A stretch of 64,000 bases of DNA. It comes from Eledone cirrhosa (lineage: Eukaryota). The DNA lies in NCBI GenBank assembly GCA_964016885.1, contig OZ024742.1, forward strand, positions 188,666,001-188,730,000, given 5' to 3'. Below the pieces are notes generated by a model. It made no database searches, had not been told where the DNA came from, and saw nothing but the letters and a program-made list of their open reading frames with translations. The translations under genes and the position numbers were made by a program. Position 1 is the first letter of the stretch. The number at the start of each line of letters is the position of its first letter. This document shows positions 13,713-27,608 of this stretch, piece by piece.

Positions 13713-14689
13713 CTATTGTCTCACTATCATCTATTATCAATATTTAAGTCTCTTACTCCTCGCCTATAAATGTGCACTGACTCCTTAACATTCACTCTCA
13801 ACTGACGTACACCAATTTTTTAACAGTAGGATCTAGTACCTTAAGTACTGACAGTACTTCAACTTAGGATGCAACATCTTGGCAGCCGAGTAATTTAACC
13901 TGCTCGGAGTAAACCTTTTGAGTGAAGAATATATCTAGACCTGTAAATATGACAATACGACACCATCATTATATATTTCAACCACACATCGCAAAAGGCA
14001 GGCTTCTCTTCTTCGTTAACCATTATTAACCTGAAGCATTCGACATTGTCTTTTCCCTATTAATACAATATATATTAACTATAGATTACTCGTTGATAAA
14101 GCAGAAACTGTGTCAATGCAGTCCTGAAATTAAAGATTAATAATATACAACCATGAAATGTAATTTTACTCGTTTCCATGCTCATAGCTGTGACAAAGGG
14201 AAGCGTCTTCCAATCAAACGTTTTCCTGGTTCAATTATCTTAAGCTTTAATTTCGTTATAGGGAGTGATGCTAAGTTACACACACCGATTCATCACTTCA
14301 AAATAGGCAAACAATTAAATGCAGATCTTTAAGCTGATGGCACTCATCAATTATCTCATTGGTTAAGGTAGTAAACTATACCATATCTTTCTATTCATTT
14401 GCAGCAGAATAGGTTCACCAATTTGTAAGATAACCATTTTACTGTTAGATACAGCGCCGCGCCCGGCAATATGATCGCTTCTGTTGTGTTGCAATTTCAT
14501 GTATTCTCAATTCAGTTAACGTAATTTTAAATCTAGACACCTCAAGAATATAGCGCATATAATCCATCAGCTGCAGCGATAACATTATATCCTCGTCTAC
14601 TTAAACTGGTTGCATGCATGATCAAAACAGGAAAAAGTATTACTATTATTACAAAATCATAAAGAAGACTATCTCTAACTTTCAACCTG

Positions 14690-14726
<37 letters not shown>

Positions 14727-14728
14727 CG

Positions 14729-14804
<76 letters not shown>

Positions 14805-14911
14805 CTATCTCTCTCTCTCACTCTCTCTCTCTTTCTCTTTCGCTCTCTATCTATCTATCTATCTATCTATCCATCTCTCTCGCCCTCTCTCTCTCTGTCT
14901 CTCTCTCTCTC

Positions 14912-14949
<38 letters not shown>

Positions 14950-15089
14950 TATATACATACATATATTTATATATATATGTGTATACATATATAAATCAAT
15001 ACATATTTATATATGTATACATACATATGTATATATATACATATATATATATATCTGTGTGTGTGTGTGTGTGTGTATGTGTTTGTATG

Positions 15090-15136
<47 letters not shown>

Positions 15137-15556
15137 TTTTTTTTTAAAGCTATTTACCAATTGTTTTCAATACTTGATAAATAATTACATTTCCATGTGA
15201 AAAACGTCAATACCAGTTGCTATAGCAACTCACGTTCTGCGGTTCACACGTGATGAACATGCAGAAACTATATTTAATTTGATCAGAGGCTTCCACTATT
15301 TAACGTGCAGAGCCTAGAGGAAAAAGTATGTGAACGTGTTTTAAAATTCGTGTATATTTCTGTATGTACATGTATATACGTACATTTCCCAGTATGCGCG
15401 TGGGCGTAGATAATTACATATATGCACAAATCCATAATTCATATTCATTGCTCACGTAGTAACGTATTCATACACACAAATAAATGCAGTTAGACACACA
15501 CATAGGGACACAACCTTGCGCGCACAAACACGCACACACACATATATATATATATC

Positions 15557-15651
<95 letters not shown>

Positions 15652-16021
15652 TGTGTGTCCTTATATTGTCATCAATCAGTAATTTGTGATTTGTGAGCTT
15701 GTTCCTATTCCCTTCATTCTTTTATTGGGTTCGCTTTACTTTCTTAAATATGTGTGGCATACTTTGTCTCTTTCAGCATGGCGTCAATTCGGTGTGTGGA
15801 TGTAATGTTTTTTTTATGTAAATGAACACACACATACGCAGACCAAGAGAAAGAAAAAGATGAGTAAAATTACCAGGTTGAAAATAAAGGGAGACCCGGA
15901 AGAACGAGAACAATTATTAAGGAGGTCACAGACTGTGTGATGAAAGAGATTTGATAATTATATATAATAATTAGACAACAATTCTGTGATTCAACTAATA
16001 AAAGAATGGATTAGTTCTTCT

Positions 16022-16960
16022 TCACCCATATATTCCTTGAAGGGTCGTGAGAGAAGAGTTCTCATTCATGCCTTCCTGTGGGCCCTGCCAGAACCAACAG
16101 CTTATTATTGATCCGGCTGAATCCCCATTTGAAACCAGCTGTGCTCATGGATGTTATCCAACCATCCTGCTCGGGATCTACCCCTGGGTCTCCTACCAGT
16201 TGTTGTTGCTCAAAATCTCTGTTCAGCGATTCACTCCTTAGGTATTTTAATAACATGTCTTATTATGAAGCCGGCGGATGTTTTGTCACAAAACTTTAAT
16301 TAATTATCTGAAGCCGGATTCCAGCTTAACATAAAGTCCTCACATGTCTTAACATTGAAAGCTTCTACTGTCTATGATACGACGTTTTACGCTTGCTTAT
16401 ACCGCAAATCCAAGGAGGACGTATTTCTAAGCGATGATTCGTAAGACTCCTTCATTTCTCGGATGGAAACTTATCCCACTTGATTGAACCATGGGATTCT
16501 CCTACACACGACGTCATACCAGCCCGCTTTTGTTTGCAATATTTAACAGATAAAGGAGAAGCTACCGAGCTAAATAGTTTCCACTCAGTTTCAACATCCT
16601 CAGTTTGCCCAGGGAATTCTCTGAATTTGGGTGCAATTTTATCTGCACCACCAGCACGTCTCACTTTATCATGTTCGTCGACCTGGAGCTGCCAGGTTTG
16701 TGGCTTTCTTGGTTTTAGGTAGTCTCAGTCTAAAGATATCTAGATAGTGATCAGTTGACAGCTCATCCTCTCTGTAAACACGAACATCCAGGACAGAACC
16801 GTAGAGAGCAGAGACAATAACAAAATCAATTAGTGATTGCTATCACCGATTCCACTCATATCGTGTGCTTTATACATCTCTTTCTGGTTCAAGAACATGT
16901 TCATAATAGAGAGCTCATTACGAGAACAGAGTACTAATAACGCCTCTCCAATCGTATTTA
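16022..16960 (-). mobile_element. Internally deleted RTE LINE (APE endonuclease end/linker close to the 3' end)
   Basis: Minus strand gives LIDFVIVS..VLDVRVYREDELSTDHY and EDVETEWKLF; 16022-16240 matches the 3' end of the RTE at 1690-1870. Confidence 0.7.
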
Positions 16961-17114
16961 GCATTCGAAACCACTCGGTTACATTGGTAGCTGCGGAGCG
17001 GGAAATCTCCGTTTGGCATCCATTTCTACATTTCGCGTATTCTTCGTTTGCCCTACGTATTAAACTTTATTGGTCCATTTTGTTATCTAGTTTTACACAC
17101 ACACAAACACAAAC

Positions 17115-17146
<32 letters not shown>

Positions 17147-17308
17147 CCACACATACACACATACGCATACGCACACAAACACACACATACACACAAACAA
17201 ACACACACACACATACATACACACACACACACATACGCACACAAACACAAACACACACACACACACATACGCACACAAACACACACACACACACACATAT
17301 ATACACAT

Positions 17309-17350
<42 letters not shown>

Positions 17351-17537
17351 CACGCACGCACACACACATATATATTTATATATATATCCGAATGTGGTTG
17401 ACGGCTGAGAGAAAAGAGTACCCAATACCGAAGTAGTGCTTTAATATTTATTATACTCCTCTCTGATAACTTTGGATTATTGGCGAAACTTCAGATTAAC
17501 AAGACTCAATGTTTAACCATTATAAAATGAATATAGT

Positions 17538-17602
<65 letters not shown>

Positions 17603-17607
17603 ATAAT

Positions 17608-17886
17608 AATTGTTTCTACTTTAGGCACAAGGCCAGCAATTACCCAGTGCATTACTGGTACTTTATTTTATCGACCCCGTATTATATATAAATAATAATT
17701 GTTTCTACTATTGGCACAAGGCCAGAAATTACCCAGTACATTACTGGTACTTTATTTTATCGACCCCGTAAGGATGAAAGGCAAAGTTAACCTCGGCGGG
17801 ATTTGAACTCAGAATAGCAAGGGCCGTAACTCTATGCATCAAAGCATGGCGTCCGACCCTCTACCGATACTGCCAATCCACCGCCA
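17608..17886 (-). mobile_element. SINE family A: full copy 17698-17886 plus duplicated 3' part 17608-17680
   Basis: Minus strand reads ggcggtggattggcagtatcggtagagg (A-box), gagttcaaatccc (B-box), gcctttcatccttacggggtcgataaaataaagtacc (resembles the Meta-SINE central domain), then an (ATT)n tail. Confidence 0.9.
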
Positions 17887-17892
17887 TAATAA

Positions 17893-18312
17893 TAATGAAA
17901 TGACAGGAGGCTGGATTTGTGTAAATCCTTGAAAGGTTTATTATACTATGATCATTTCAAGGGCGACCGGCTGAGGTTGAAGGAACAGAATAGCGGTCGC
18001 CCTCGTGTCCTCGATTTTCAGCCCCATGGATTTTATCTATTACATTCACGTATTATATTTCGAATACCTGATGATATCACCGGATTCATACGGAACCCGG
18101 TCATTGAAATGATCCTAGTATAATAAACCTTTCAAGGATTTACACAAATCCAGCCTCCTGTCATTTCATTATAATATTTAACTCCGTAATAGCACCACCA
18201 ACTACAAAAACAAAGACGGTTGAACTGCCTTACGTTGAGTACTCTCTATATTATTGCATTACGATTGACCATACGGAATAGACCAGCTCTATACAGTGGT
18301 GAACCTCAAACC

Positions 18313-18316
<4 letters not shown>
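17893..18316 (+). mobile_element. pLTR-like fold-back element
   Basis: About 66-bp inverted arms 17893-17960 / 18105-18170; degenerate CTGATGA...GGAACCCGGTC core at 18068-18102; terminal bulged hairpin 18181-18240; ends in (TA)n. Confidence 0.7.
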
Positions 18317-18385
<69 letters not shown>

Positions 18386-18618
18386 TAGCCGAATTACGCG
18401 CACCTTGCTGTGTTTCACACATTTTTGTTTTATATGAAAACGATGATTGATTTTAAATCAGTGATATAAGTTATGCAGAAAAACTCTGCATTTCAATATT
18501 ACTCAATGTAAAATGTAATGCATGAAAAATTGGAAAACATTATTATTTATATATATATAAGCAATGAGTGTTATTGATACATATAAATATATATATATTT
18601 AAATACACACACACACAC

Positions 18619-18713
<95 letters not shown>

Positions 18714-18908
18714 GATAAAACTACCAAAAGTTTACGGTAGTGTCCAATCCGTATGAAGAACTCAATGTAATCCGGATATCATGAAAAGAAGAGATGCATT
18801 CAAAAATCACTTTCGGTGAAAGATAAACGGAATACAGAGTCAAGATAAATTATTAAAAAAATAATGAATAAACAAAGAAAACAGTTCCTTATATTAAACA
18901 AAAATAGT

Positions 18909-19049
18909 TCATTATTTTACGATCGTTTCTAGGACATATATGTGTTAGAATTGGTATGCATATTCAAAAGATCTATGTACAAAATTATACAAACTATCAA
19001 AGAGAATATACATACCTTCACATATATATGCTGTCTTCAGAAATAATGA
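18909..19049 (-). ncRNA. Hammerhead ribozyme in inverted 5' pLTR
   Basis: Reverse complement of 23633-23773. Confidence 0.8.
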
Positions 19050-19156
19050 TGCATATTTATTGATAATAACAATAATTCAAAATTACAGGTCTGTTTGGGA
19101 ACAGATTTTAAATAGACCAATGAAATACATAAAAATACCACATTTGAAAGACCACA

Positions 19157-21078
19157 TTGAAAATACCACATTTCAACCTGAAAGATCATAAATCAAACTT
19201 TAACTCTAATCCTTCTATAAGACTGATATGTCCCTCCAAATCGGATATAGGAATAATTAGCAAAAAAATTTTGGATAGAGTCATCCCACAAATAAGAAAA
19301 CATGTTAATTTACCACTCTGGGAAAACACTTCCCAGGTAATTACCTGGTTTAATAATATTAGATGTAAATCTTCTGCTTCATTTCTACAATTTGATATAG
19401 ATAATTACTATTCTTCTATATCACCTATACTCCTTAACAAAGCTTTGATATTTGCTAAAAATAGATCTAACTTAACTTTGGATGACATTAATATTATTAC
19501 ACATGCTAGACTAACACTTATTGAATTTCAGAATGAATACTGGACCAGAAACACATATAGTAATATATTTGATATTACTATGGGTTCAAGCGATTCTGCC
19601 CAAATTACTGATCTTGTGGGCCTCTTTCTTCTTTTTAACATAAATGCTTCCTTTCCCCACCTTAAAGGTGGTTTATATCGTGATGACTGTCTTCTTCTTT
19701 CCAACAACCTTAGCCTCTCAGGAATAGAAAAAAACAAAAAGCTTATTAGAACTTTCCTTAAAGACTATTATAGTCTTGATATTACTTTTGAAAACACAAG
19801 TAAAGTAGTTAATTTCCTAGATATAACTTTAGACTTGGCTACGGGTATCTACCAACCTTACCATAAACCCAACCAAAACTTACACTACATACACTCACAA
19901 TCTAATCACCCTAAATCTATCCTTAAAAACCTTGCATATAATATATCACTTAGAATTTCTAACGTTTCGTCTAACCAAGATGTATTTGATAAAAATGCGA
20001 CCTTCTATAACGAAGCTCTAGATAGAAGTGGCCACAAAAATAGATTGGAATATATACCTTCTACTAATAACACTATAAACATACAACCTAATATTACCAA
20101 CACACACCAAATGAAAAGTACACACCTAAATGCCACTCACACTATACCCCAAAATACCAACATAAAACCAAATTTCTCTAACTCTTCTAATATAAAGTAT
20201 AGTAACTCTCAAAAAACTACTCATCATACAACTCTAATAAATGTTAATAATAAAACTCCTAATAAACAAGCTAAAACACCTAAATCAATAAATCTAACTA
20301 AAAATGTGCGTGGTGAGGTAATTAACATTAATCCTCCTAGTAAATATCAGGATGCATCCTATAAAAACAATAAACAACATAGAAACCGTAATAGACGATT
20401 ACTTGGTATAATGCTCCATTTAATTTACAAATTAAGGATAATATACCTAAAAAAATGTTTAATATCCTAGAGAAAAACTTCCCGCCAAACCACAAATACC
20501 ATCAAATCTTAAATAGATCAACAGTTAAATTCTCATACTCAACAACCAAAAACATAAAACAAAATATAAGTGCCTATAATGCATATAAATGTAAAAAAAA
20601 CATAAGTATACCACCAATACATCAAACTAACCATAATATCTCCTCAAATACAGAATTAACGAAAGGTTGTAACTGTAGAAACAAGGCAAACTGCCCATTA
20701 AAAGGAAATTGTCTTGTTAACAACATAGTTTATAAATGTAAAGTTAAAACTAAGGATTCTATTTGCTCATATATAGGAGCTACTTCTAACAATTTTAAGG
20801 TAAGGTTTAATACCCACAAACATAGTTTTAAAAATGCCGCACTGGCCAATACAACATCTCTAGCAGAAAAAATTAATAGTTATAGAAATAAGAATATAGA
20901 ATATGATATGACCTGGAGTGTGCTCAAAAGAGCCACCCCTTATCAAAATAATAGAAATGAATGTAGATTGTGTTCCCAAGAACTATTTGAAATAATGAAA
21001 TCTAAGGATATCCTATTAAATAAGCGACAAGAATTAATTATATCGTGTAATCATAAACTGAGAAAAACATTTAAATAA
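19157..21078 (+). pseudogene. PLE reverse transcriptase + GIY-YIG endonuclease, N-terminally truncated, one frameshift near 20395
   Basis: Motifs LKDHK..F..NP..RLI.P.KS, FDI..YYSSI, FDITMGS.D.A, GLYRDD, NFLDITL, YIH..SNHP; the shifted frame resumes ITWYNAPF...NFP, CNCR.K..CPL.GNCL..IVY, YIG.T..FK.R...H, C.LC..E, LNKR.EL...C.H. Confidence 0.92.
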
Positions 21079-21930
21079 TATATAGTTTAGAAATTAATAT
21101 ATAAATTAATTTTAATGTAGTTAACCTATAATTTTAATTTAATTAAAATTCTACTACAGATAAATTAAAAAATATCGTATAATCATAAACTGTGAAAAGC
21201 ATTTAAATATTATTAACATAATTAATATATACTTTGGAAATTAATATATAGATTAATTTTAGTTTATTTAACCTATTATTAAAATTCCTTTACAGATGAA
21301 ATACAACAAAATATCGTGTAATTAATAACGGAGAAATACTTTTTAATATTATAAACCTTATTAATATACAATTTAGAAATTAATATATAAATTAATTTTA
21401 ATTTAGTTAACCTATAATTTTAATTTAGTTAGCTTATAATTAACATTCTAATACAGATGGATTGCAGAATATCGTGTAATCATAAACTGAGAAAAACTTT
21501 TAAATATATACCTAATTAATATACACTTTACAAATTAATATATAGATTTTTTTTATTTTAGTTAACCTATAATTAAAATTCTACTATAGATAAAATACAA
21601 AATTTTGCTTTAATTAGTATAAACCTAATTAACATATACTATAGAATTTAATATATAATTTTTAATTTAGTTAACCTATAATTAATATTCTACTACCGAT
21701 GAAATACTTAATTTGGCTTTCCCTATTACAAAATTCATTTCCTAAATTTGATACCATCATGTTAATATATGTAATTATTTTTAATTTAGTTATGCTATAA
21801 TTAATACTCTACTACTGTTTAACTTCAAAATTCCGCTTTAAATATTATAAACCTAAGTAGTATACACCTTAGAAATTAATATATTAACTATTTTTATCTT
21901 AGTTAACCTATAATTAATATTCTACTTATA
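21040..21930 (+). repeat. Degenerate tandem array (about 110-160-nt units) in the PLE 3' UTR
   Basis: Recurrent atatcgt(g)taatcataaactg at about 21040, 21173 and 21469 (variant at 21311), and recurrent gttaacctataatt. Confidence 0.75.
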
Positions 21931-21987
21931 TTAAAATACATAATTTAGCCTTCTTTCTTACAAATACTATTTCCTAAAACCGATACA

Positions 21988-22440
21988 ACTATGTAAACAC
22001 ATGTTTTAGCTGCAGATTAATATTCTATGTTCCTTGAAACCTATATATTTACTATTTCCCACTAATAATTTTAATCCCCCTCCCCCCCCCCCAATAATTA
22101 TTTGTATTTGTAAGCGTGGATGTATGGATGTGTATGTAAGTGTGTATGTAGGTTTGTGTGTTTGTATGTGTGTATAAAAATACATGTGTGCGCATGTATA
22201 TATGTGTGTGTACTATGTAAACACATATAATGATTTAACTGCAGATTAATATTCTATGTTCCTTGAAACCTATATATTTACTATTTCCCACTAATGAGTT
22301 TAATCCCCCTTCCCCCCCCCCCCAATAATTATTTGTATTTGTAAGCGTGGATGTATGTATGTGTATGTAAGTGTGTATGTATGTTTGTGTGTTTGTATGT
22401 GAGTATATAAATACATATGTGCGCATGGAAATGTGTGTAT
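21988..22440 (+). repeat. About 225-bp tandem duplication in the PLE 3' UTR
   Basis: actatgtaaacacat...ctgcagattaatattctatgttccttgaaacc...gtaagcgtggatgtatg occurs twice. Confidence 0.85.
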
Positions 22441-22568
22441 GAGTGTACATACATATATATATATATTATATGTATGTATATATGTGTATGTATGTATGTG
22501 TATGTATATATATTTGTAGAGATGTGTGTATGTATGTGTATGTGTGTGCATAAGTGTCTGACTGTGTG

Positions 22569-22644
<76 letters not shown>

Positions 22645-22770
22645 TGTGTGTGTATGTCTCTATATATATGTATGTCTGAGTGTGTGTGCGTGTGTGTGGT
22701 TGTGTATATATACATGGGTGTGTGTGTGTGTTTGTATGTGTATATATATATATATATATGTGTGTATATG

Positions 22771-22848
<78 letters not shown>

Positions 22849-23228
22849 TGTATTTATATGTATGGGTATATGTTTTACTTAGTTTTATGTGTATGCATAC
22901 AAACAGGTTAATATGCGTGAGGTTAAGTATGTGTATGTGTGTGTGTGTACGTATGTATGTATCGAACGTATGGATGTGTAAATGTGCGTATGTATATAAG
23001 CATGTATATTTTATGTCTCTCTTTTATGTTTTTTTATGTTTTTTTATATTTCTTGTGGGTACATTCTTATTAGTATGTCAAGGTTGACACTTTCCTTTAA
23101 TTACTTACTCCCTTACCTCCTTTACTTCTGCATCTGAATGTAAGTGTGTGTGGGCGTGTTTATGTGAGCGCCTCAATATCCATATAGTTATAATAATAAT
23201 ATATTTGTATGTGTGTGTGTGTGTGTGT

Positions 23229-23292
<64 letters not shown>

Positions 23293-23632
23293 GTGTGTGT
23301 ATGTGTGTGCATGTATGTGTGTGTATGTATATGTATGTATGTATATGTATATATGTATATATATATGTATATATATATATATATATATTCTGTCTGTAGA
23401 TTGTAGACATGCAGATACATTAGCCCTAAATGTTTATATTTACATACACTTTTTCAACATGCGTATACATATGAACATACAATTTTATGCACATCTGTGA
23501 ACGGTTTTACATATATACACACACCTAACTGTATTTTCTTGATAAACTTTTATGTATTTCATTGGTCTATTTAAAATCTGTTCCCAAACAGACCTGTAAT
23601 TTTGAACGATTGTTATTATCAATAAATATGCA

Positions 23633-23773
23633 TCATTATTTCTGAAGACAGCATATATATGTGAAGGTATGTATATTCTCTTTGATAGTTTGTATAATTT
23701 TGTACATAGATCTTTTGAATATGCATACCAATTCTAACACATATATGTCCTAGAAACGATCGTAAAATAATGA
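23633..23773 (+). ncRNA. Type I hammerhead ribozyme with very long stem II
   Basis: tcattattt-CTGAAGA-(about 104 nt)-GAAAC-GATC-GTA^aaataatga: 9-bp perfect stem I, palindromic stem III, GUA triplet. Confidence 0.82.
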
Positions 23774-23831
23774 ACTTTTTTTGTTTAATATAAGGAACTG
23801 TTTTCTTTGTTTATTCATTATTTTTTTAATA

Positions 23832-23901
<70 letters not shown>

Positions 23902-23903
<2 letters not shown>

Positions 23904-24230
23904 AGGCACATGGCTTAGTGGTTAGAGCATTGGCCTTGCAATAGAAAGGTTGTGAGTTCAATTCTCAGACCGGGTGATGTGTTGTTTCCTTGAGCAAGAC
24001 ACTTTATTTCACATTGCTCCAGTTTACTCAGCTGTAGAAATGAGATGATAGGGACTTCGGCCCCATCATTCCACTGTAAAGTGGTCGTGGAGGTGCCACG
24101 GCAAAAAAGCACCCACCACTCACTGTAAATAAGGTTGGTGTTCGGAAGGGCATCCAGCTGTAGAAATCAAGCCAGAATCAGTTCCCGTCCCACCCTTGCA
24201 AGCAGGGAACAGTGAGCGTAAAATGAAAAA
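23902..24230 (+). mobile_element. tRNA-derived SINE, family B (CORE/V-like central motif)
   Basis: tggcttagtggttagagc A-box, gagttcaattc B-box, ccttgagcaagacacttta motif, A-rich tail. Confidence 0.8.
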
Positions 24231-25085
24231 AAAGAAATGAAATACATATATATATATCAATGGTTCCAATGTAAATGTTTACATATACGATTATGTTCAG
24301 ACTACTTTTCTCTACCTCCATATAACGTTTTAAACAGATGTGAGGACATCAGACATAAGGTAGGAGAGAAATTGTGGAAAAACAGACAAACAATCAAAGA
24401 GAAAGACCTGTTAAAGTAAACGTGCTATATTGTTAGATTCGTGCTTTCATTCATATAGTTTAATTCATCGCTGGTGCTAATTTCGTTTAGCTGCTTAGAA
24501 GAAAACATTCAGAAAATAGTTTTATTGCTCAATAGCTTAATATTTGTGTTTTTACTATTACTTTTCTTATTGTAACAAAAACAACAAACAATCACTGCCA
24601 CTACAAGTATTACCTTAACTGTAACTATGCATGTAAGTATGTATGTACCTGCATGTGTGTTTATGTTGTATCTATCTATCTTTATCTTACTCCCTCTCTC
24701 TCCACTCACACACACACATATTTATTGATAAATTCCAACCCAAGCTAAATGAACAATAATAATGGTGTATTACTCCTACTATGACTATGACTACGAGCAT
24801 GTCGACTACTACCACTAACAACAACAACAACAACAACAATAATAATAATAAAAGTGATGCTGATGGTGATGATTACTAGAAAATGCTATTTTCATCATTT
24901 CTAAACATAGCAAAACAATTGATGCTTTGGATAGGGTCAAATAGTAGTGGTTAGACATGCTCAACCAACCGTTACGCCTAAACCAATCAGCTTTACTAAT
25001 CTAGTGAAACTACACACCAATTGGTCGAAATACAGTTTGCAGAATTTAGCATTCTTTAGCCGCTTTTCGCTTTACCCATCTTATT

Positions 25086-25276
25086 ACAGTTAAAAATTGC
25101 AAACTTGACTGTCACCACAAAATTTGAACCTGAAGATTGCGAAAGCATGAAAGTACTTGTTCAATTAACACTTAATATTTAATATTCCGCCATACTATTT
25201 CATTCTAATAGCATTATAAATTTTAAAGGATTGTAAATAAAATGAGTAAATCAGACAAAGTTAGAATTCCTTTTAT
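25086..25276 (+). mobile_element. pLTR fragment with minimal hammerhead (25124-25164); same family as 63471-63834
   Basis: ttgaac-CTGAAGA-ttgc-gaaa-gcat-GAAA-GTAC-TT^gttcaa; near-identical to 63661-63834. Confidence 0.85.
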
Positions 25277-25315
25277 TAAAATAATCTTCTATACACAATC
25301 ATACACACCCGTGTA

Positions 25316-26461
<1,146 letters not shown>

Positions 26462-26534
26462 ATTTGCTCTACGGTTCTTATATATTTGATATATATTTTC
26501 CTTATCGAGCCCTCTTTGGATTTAGTCTTCAATT

Positions 26535-26590
<56 letters not shown>

Positions 26591-26618
26591 ATATATATAT
26601 ATTTATACATATATATAC

Positions 26619-26710
<92 letters not shown>

Positions 26711-26712
26711 AC

Positions 26713-27515
26713 TACCAGCAGTACCCAGCGTTGCCTGGATATGTAAAATAATATCTGCTTCGATGAAAAGGTGTTGATCTTAGCGACTGCTTCTCGATGA
26801 CTCATCTATGGCCACACCTGGGCATGCGGGGGAGGGTGGTGGTGACCTCTTTCACTGAGAAACGCGGATGACTGACGAAGGGGCATGATGGGGGGGGGTA
26901 GTTTCAAATTTGAAAGAAATCGGTTGAAAAACGTGGGAGCTAGAGCCGTAAAGGCGGAAATTTGAGCGTAAAGGTGGTATGTTCGAATATTTAAGTGGCT
27001 GCCACGCCGTTCCTGGACAACAAATCCAAAATGTAAAGCCACTTTAAGACGTGAGATAATCAGATCTGGCAGAGTTTAAAATTTGAACAAAGTAGGTTGA
27101 TTCATGTCGGAGCTAGAGCCGAAAAAGTGGAAATTTGAATCTAAAAGTGGTATTTTTAAATATTTAAGCAGCTGCCATGCCGTCTCTGAACAACAAATGC
27201 AAGATATGAAGCAAAATCAGGATGTGCAATGATAAATTCTATTTTGCTTTAAAATTTGAACGAAATCGGTGAACAAATGTGAGACCTAGAACCAAAAATC
27301 TTATTTTTCGATACCTAAAAGAAGGTGACCACCCCTATCGATTTTTATCTACAGAATGACCCCAGAATAAAAAAAAACGATACGCTTATAGATAGAAAAC
27401 GTTCCACGATGACAAATCTATGAGCCTCTAAGGTTCATGAAAATCGGTCGTAAGATGTAGGCCCCTACAGGTAATACACAGACACACACACACACATTCT
27501 TAATTTTATATATAC
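26713..27515 (+). mobile_element. Lep1/HINE-like non-autonomous Helitron with about 172-bp internal tandem units
   Basis: 5' taccagcagtacccagcgttgcctggat; aaatttgaa..aaatcggt...ctaga.cc units at about 26907, 27079 and 27252, plus gttcatgaaaatcggt at 27433; 3' acagacaca..attcttaattttatata. Confidence 0.6.
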
Positions 27516-27525
27516 AGATATACAT

Positions 27526-27608
<83 letters not shown>

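Larger units (their letters stand above)
18711..23836 (+). mobile_element. Penelope-like retroelement (Naiad-type), 5'-truncated with inverted pLTR
   Basis: RT plus C-terminal GIY-YIG ORF; 18845-19134 is the reverse complement of 23547-23836; hammerhead in both repeats; (TA)n on both flanks. Confidence 0.92.

Noticed and set aside
20390-20470. Programmed ribosomal frameshift or two-gene organisation
   Set aside because: PLEs have a single ORF, there is no slippery heptamer at the inferred shift point, and a simple 1-nt loss or assembly error explains it
19157-21078. Selenoprotein-type Naiad (UGA recoding plus SECIS)
   Set aside because: No in-frame TGA in the retained ORF and no convincing SECIS seen; the break is a frameshift
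21040-21930. CRISPR-like or regularly spaced array
   Set aside because: Units are wholly homologous and degenerate with no unique spacers; eukaryotic context with no cas genes
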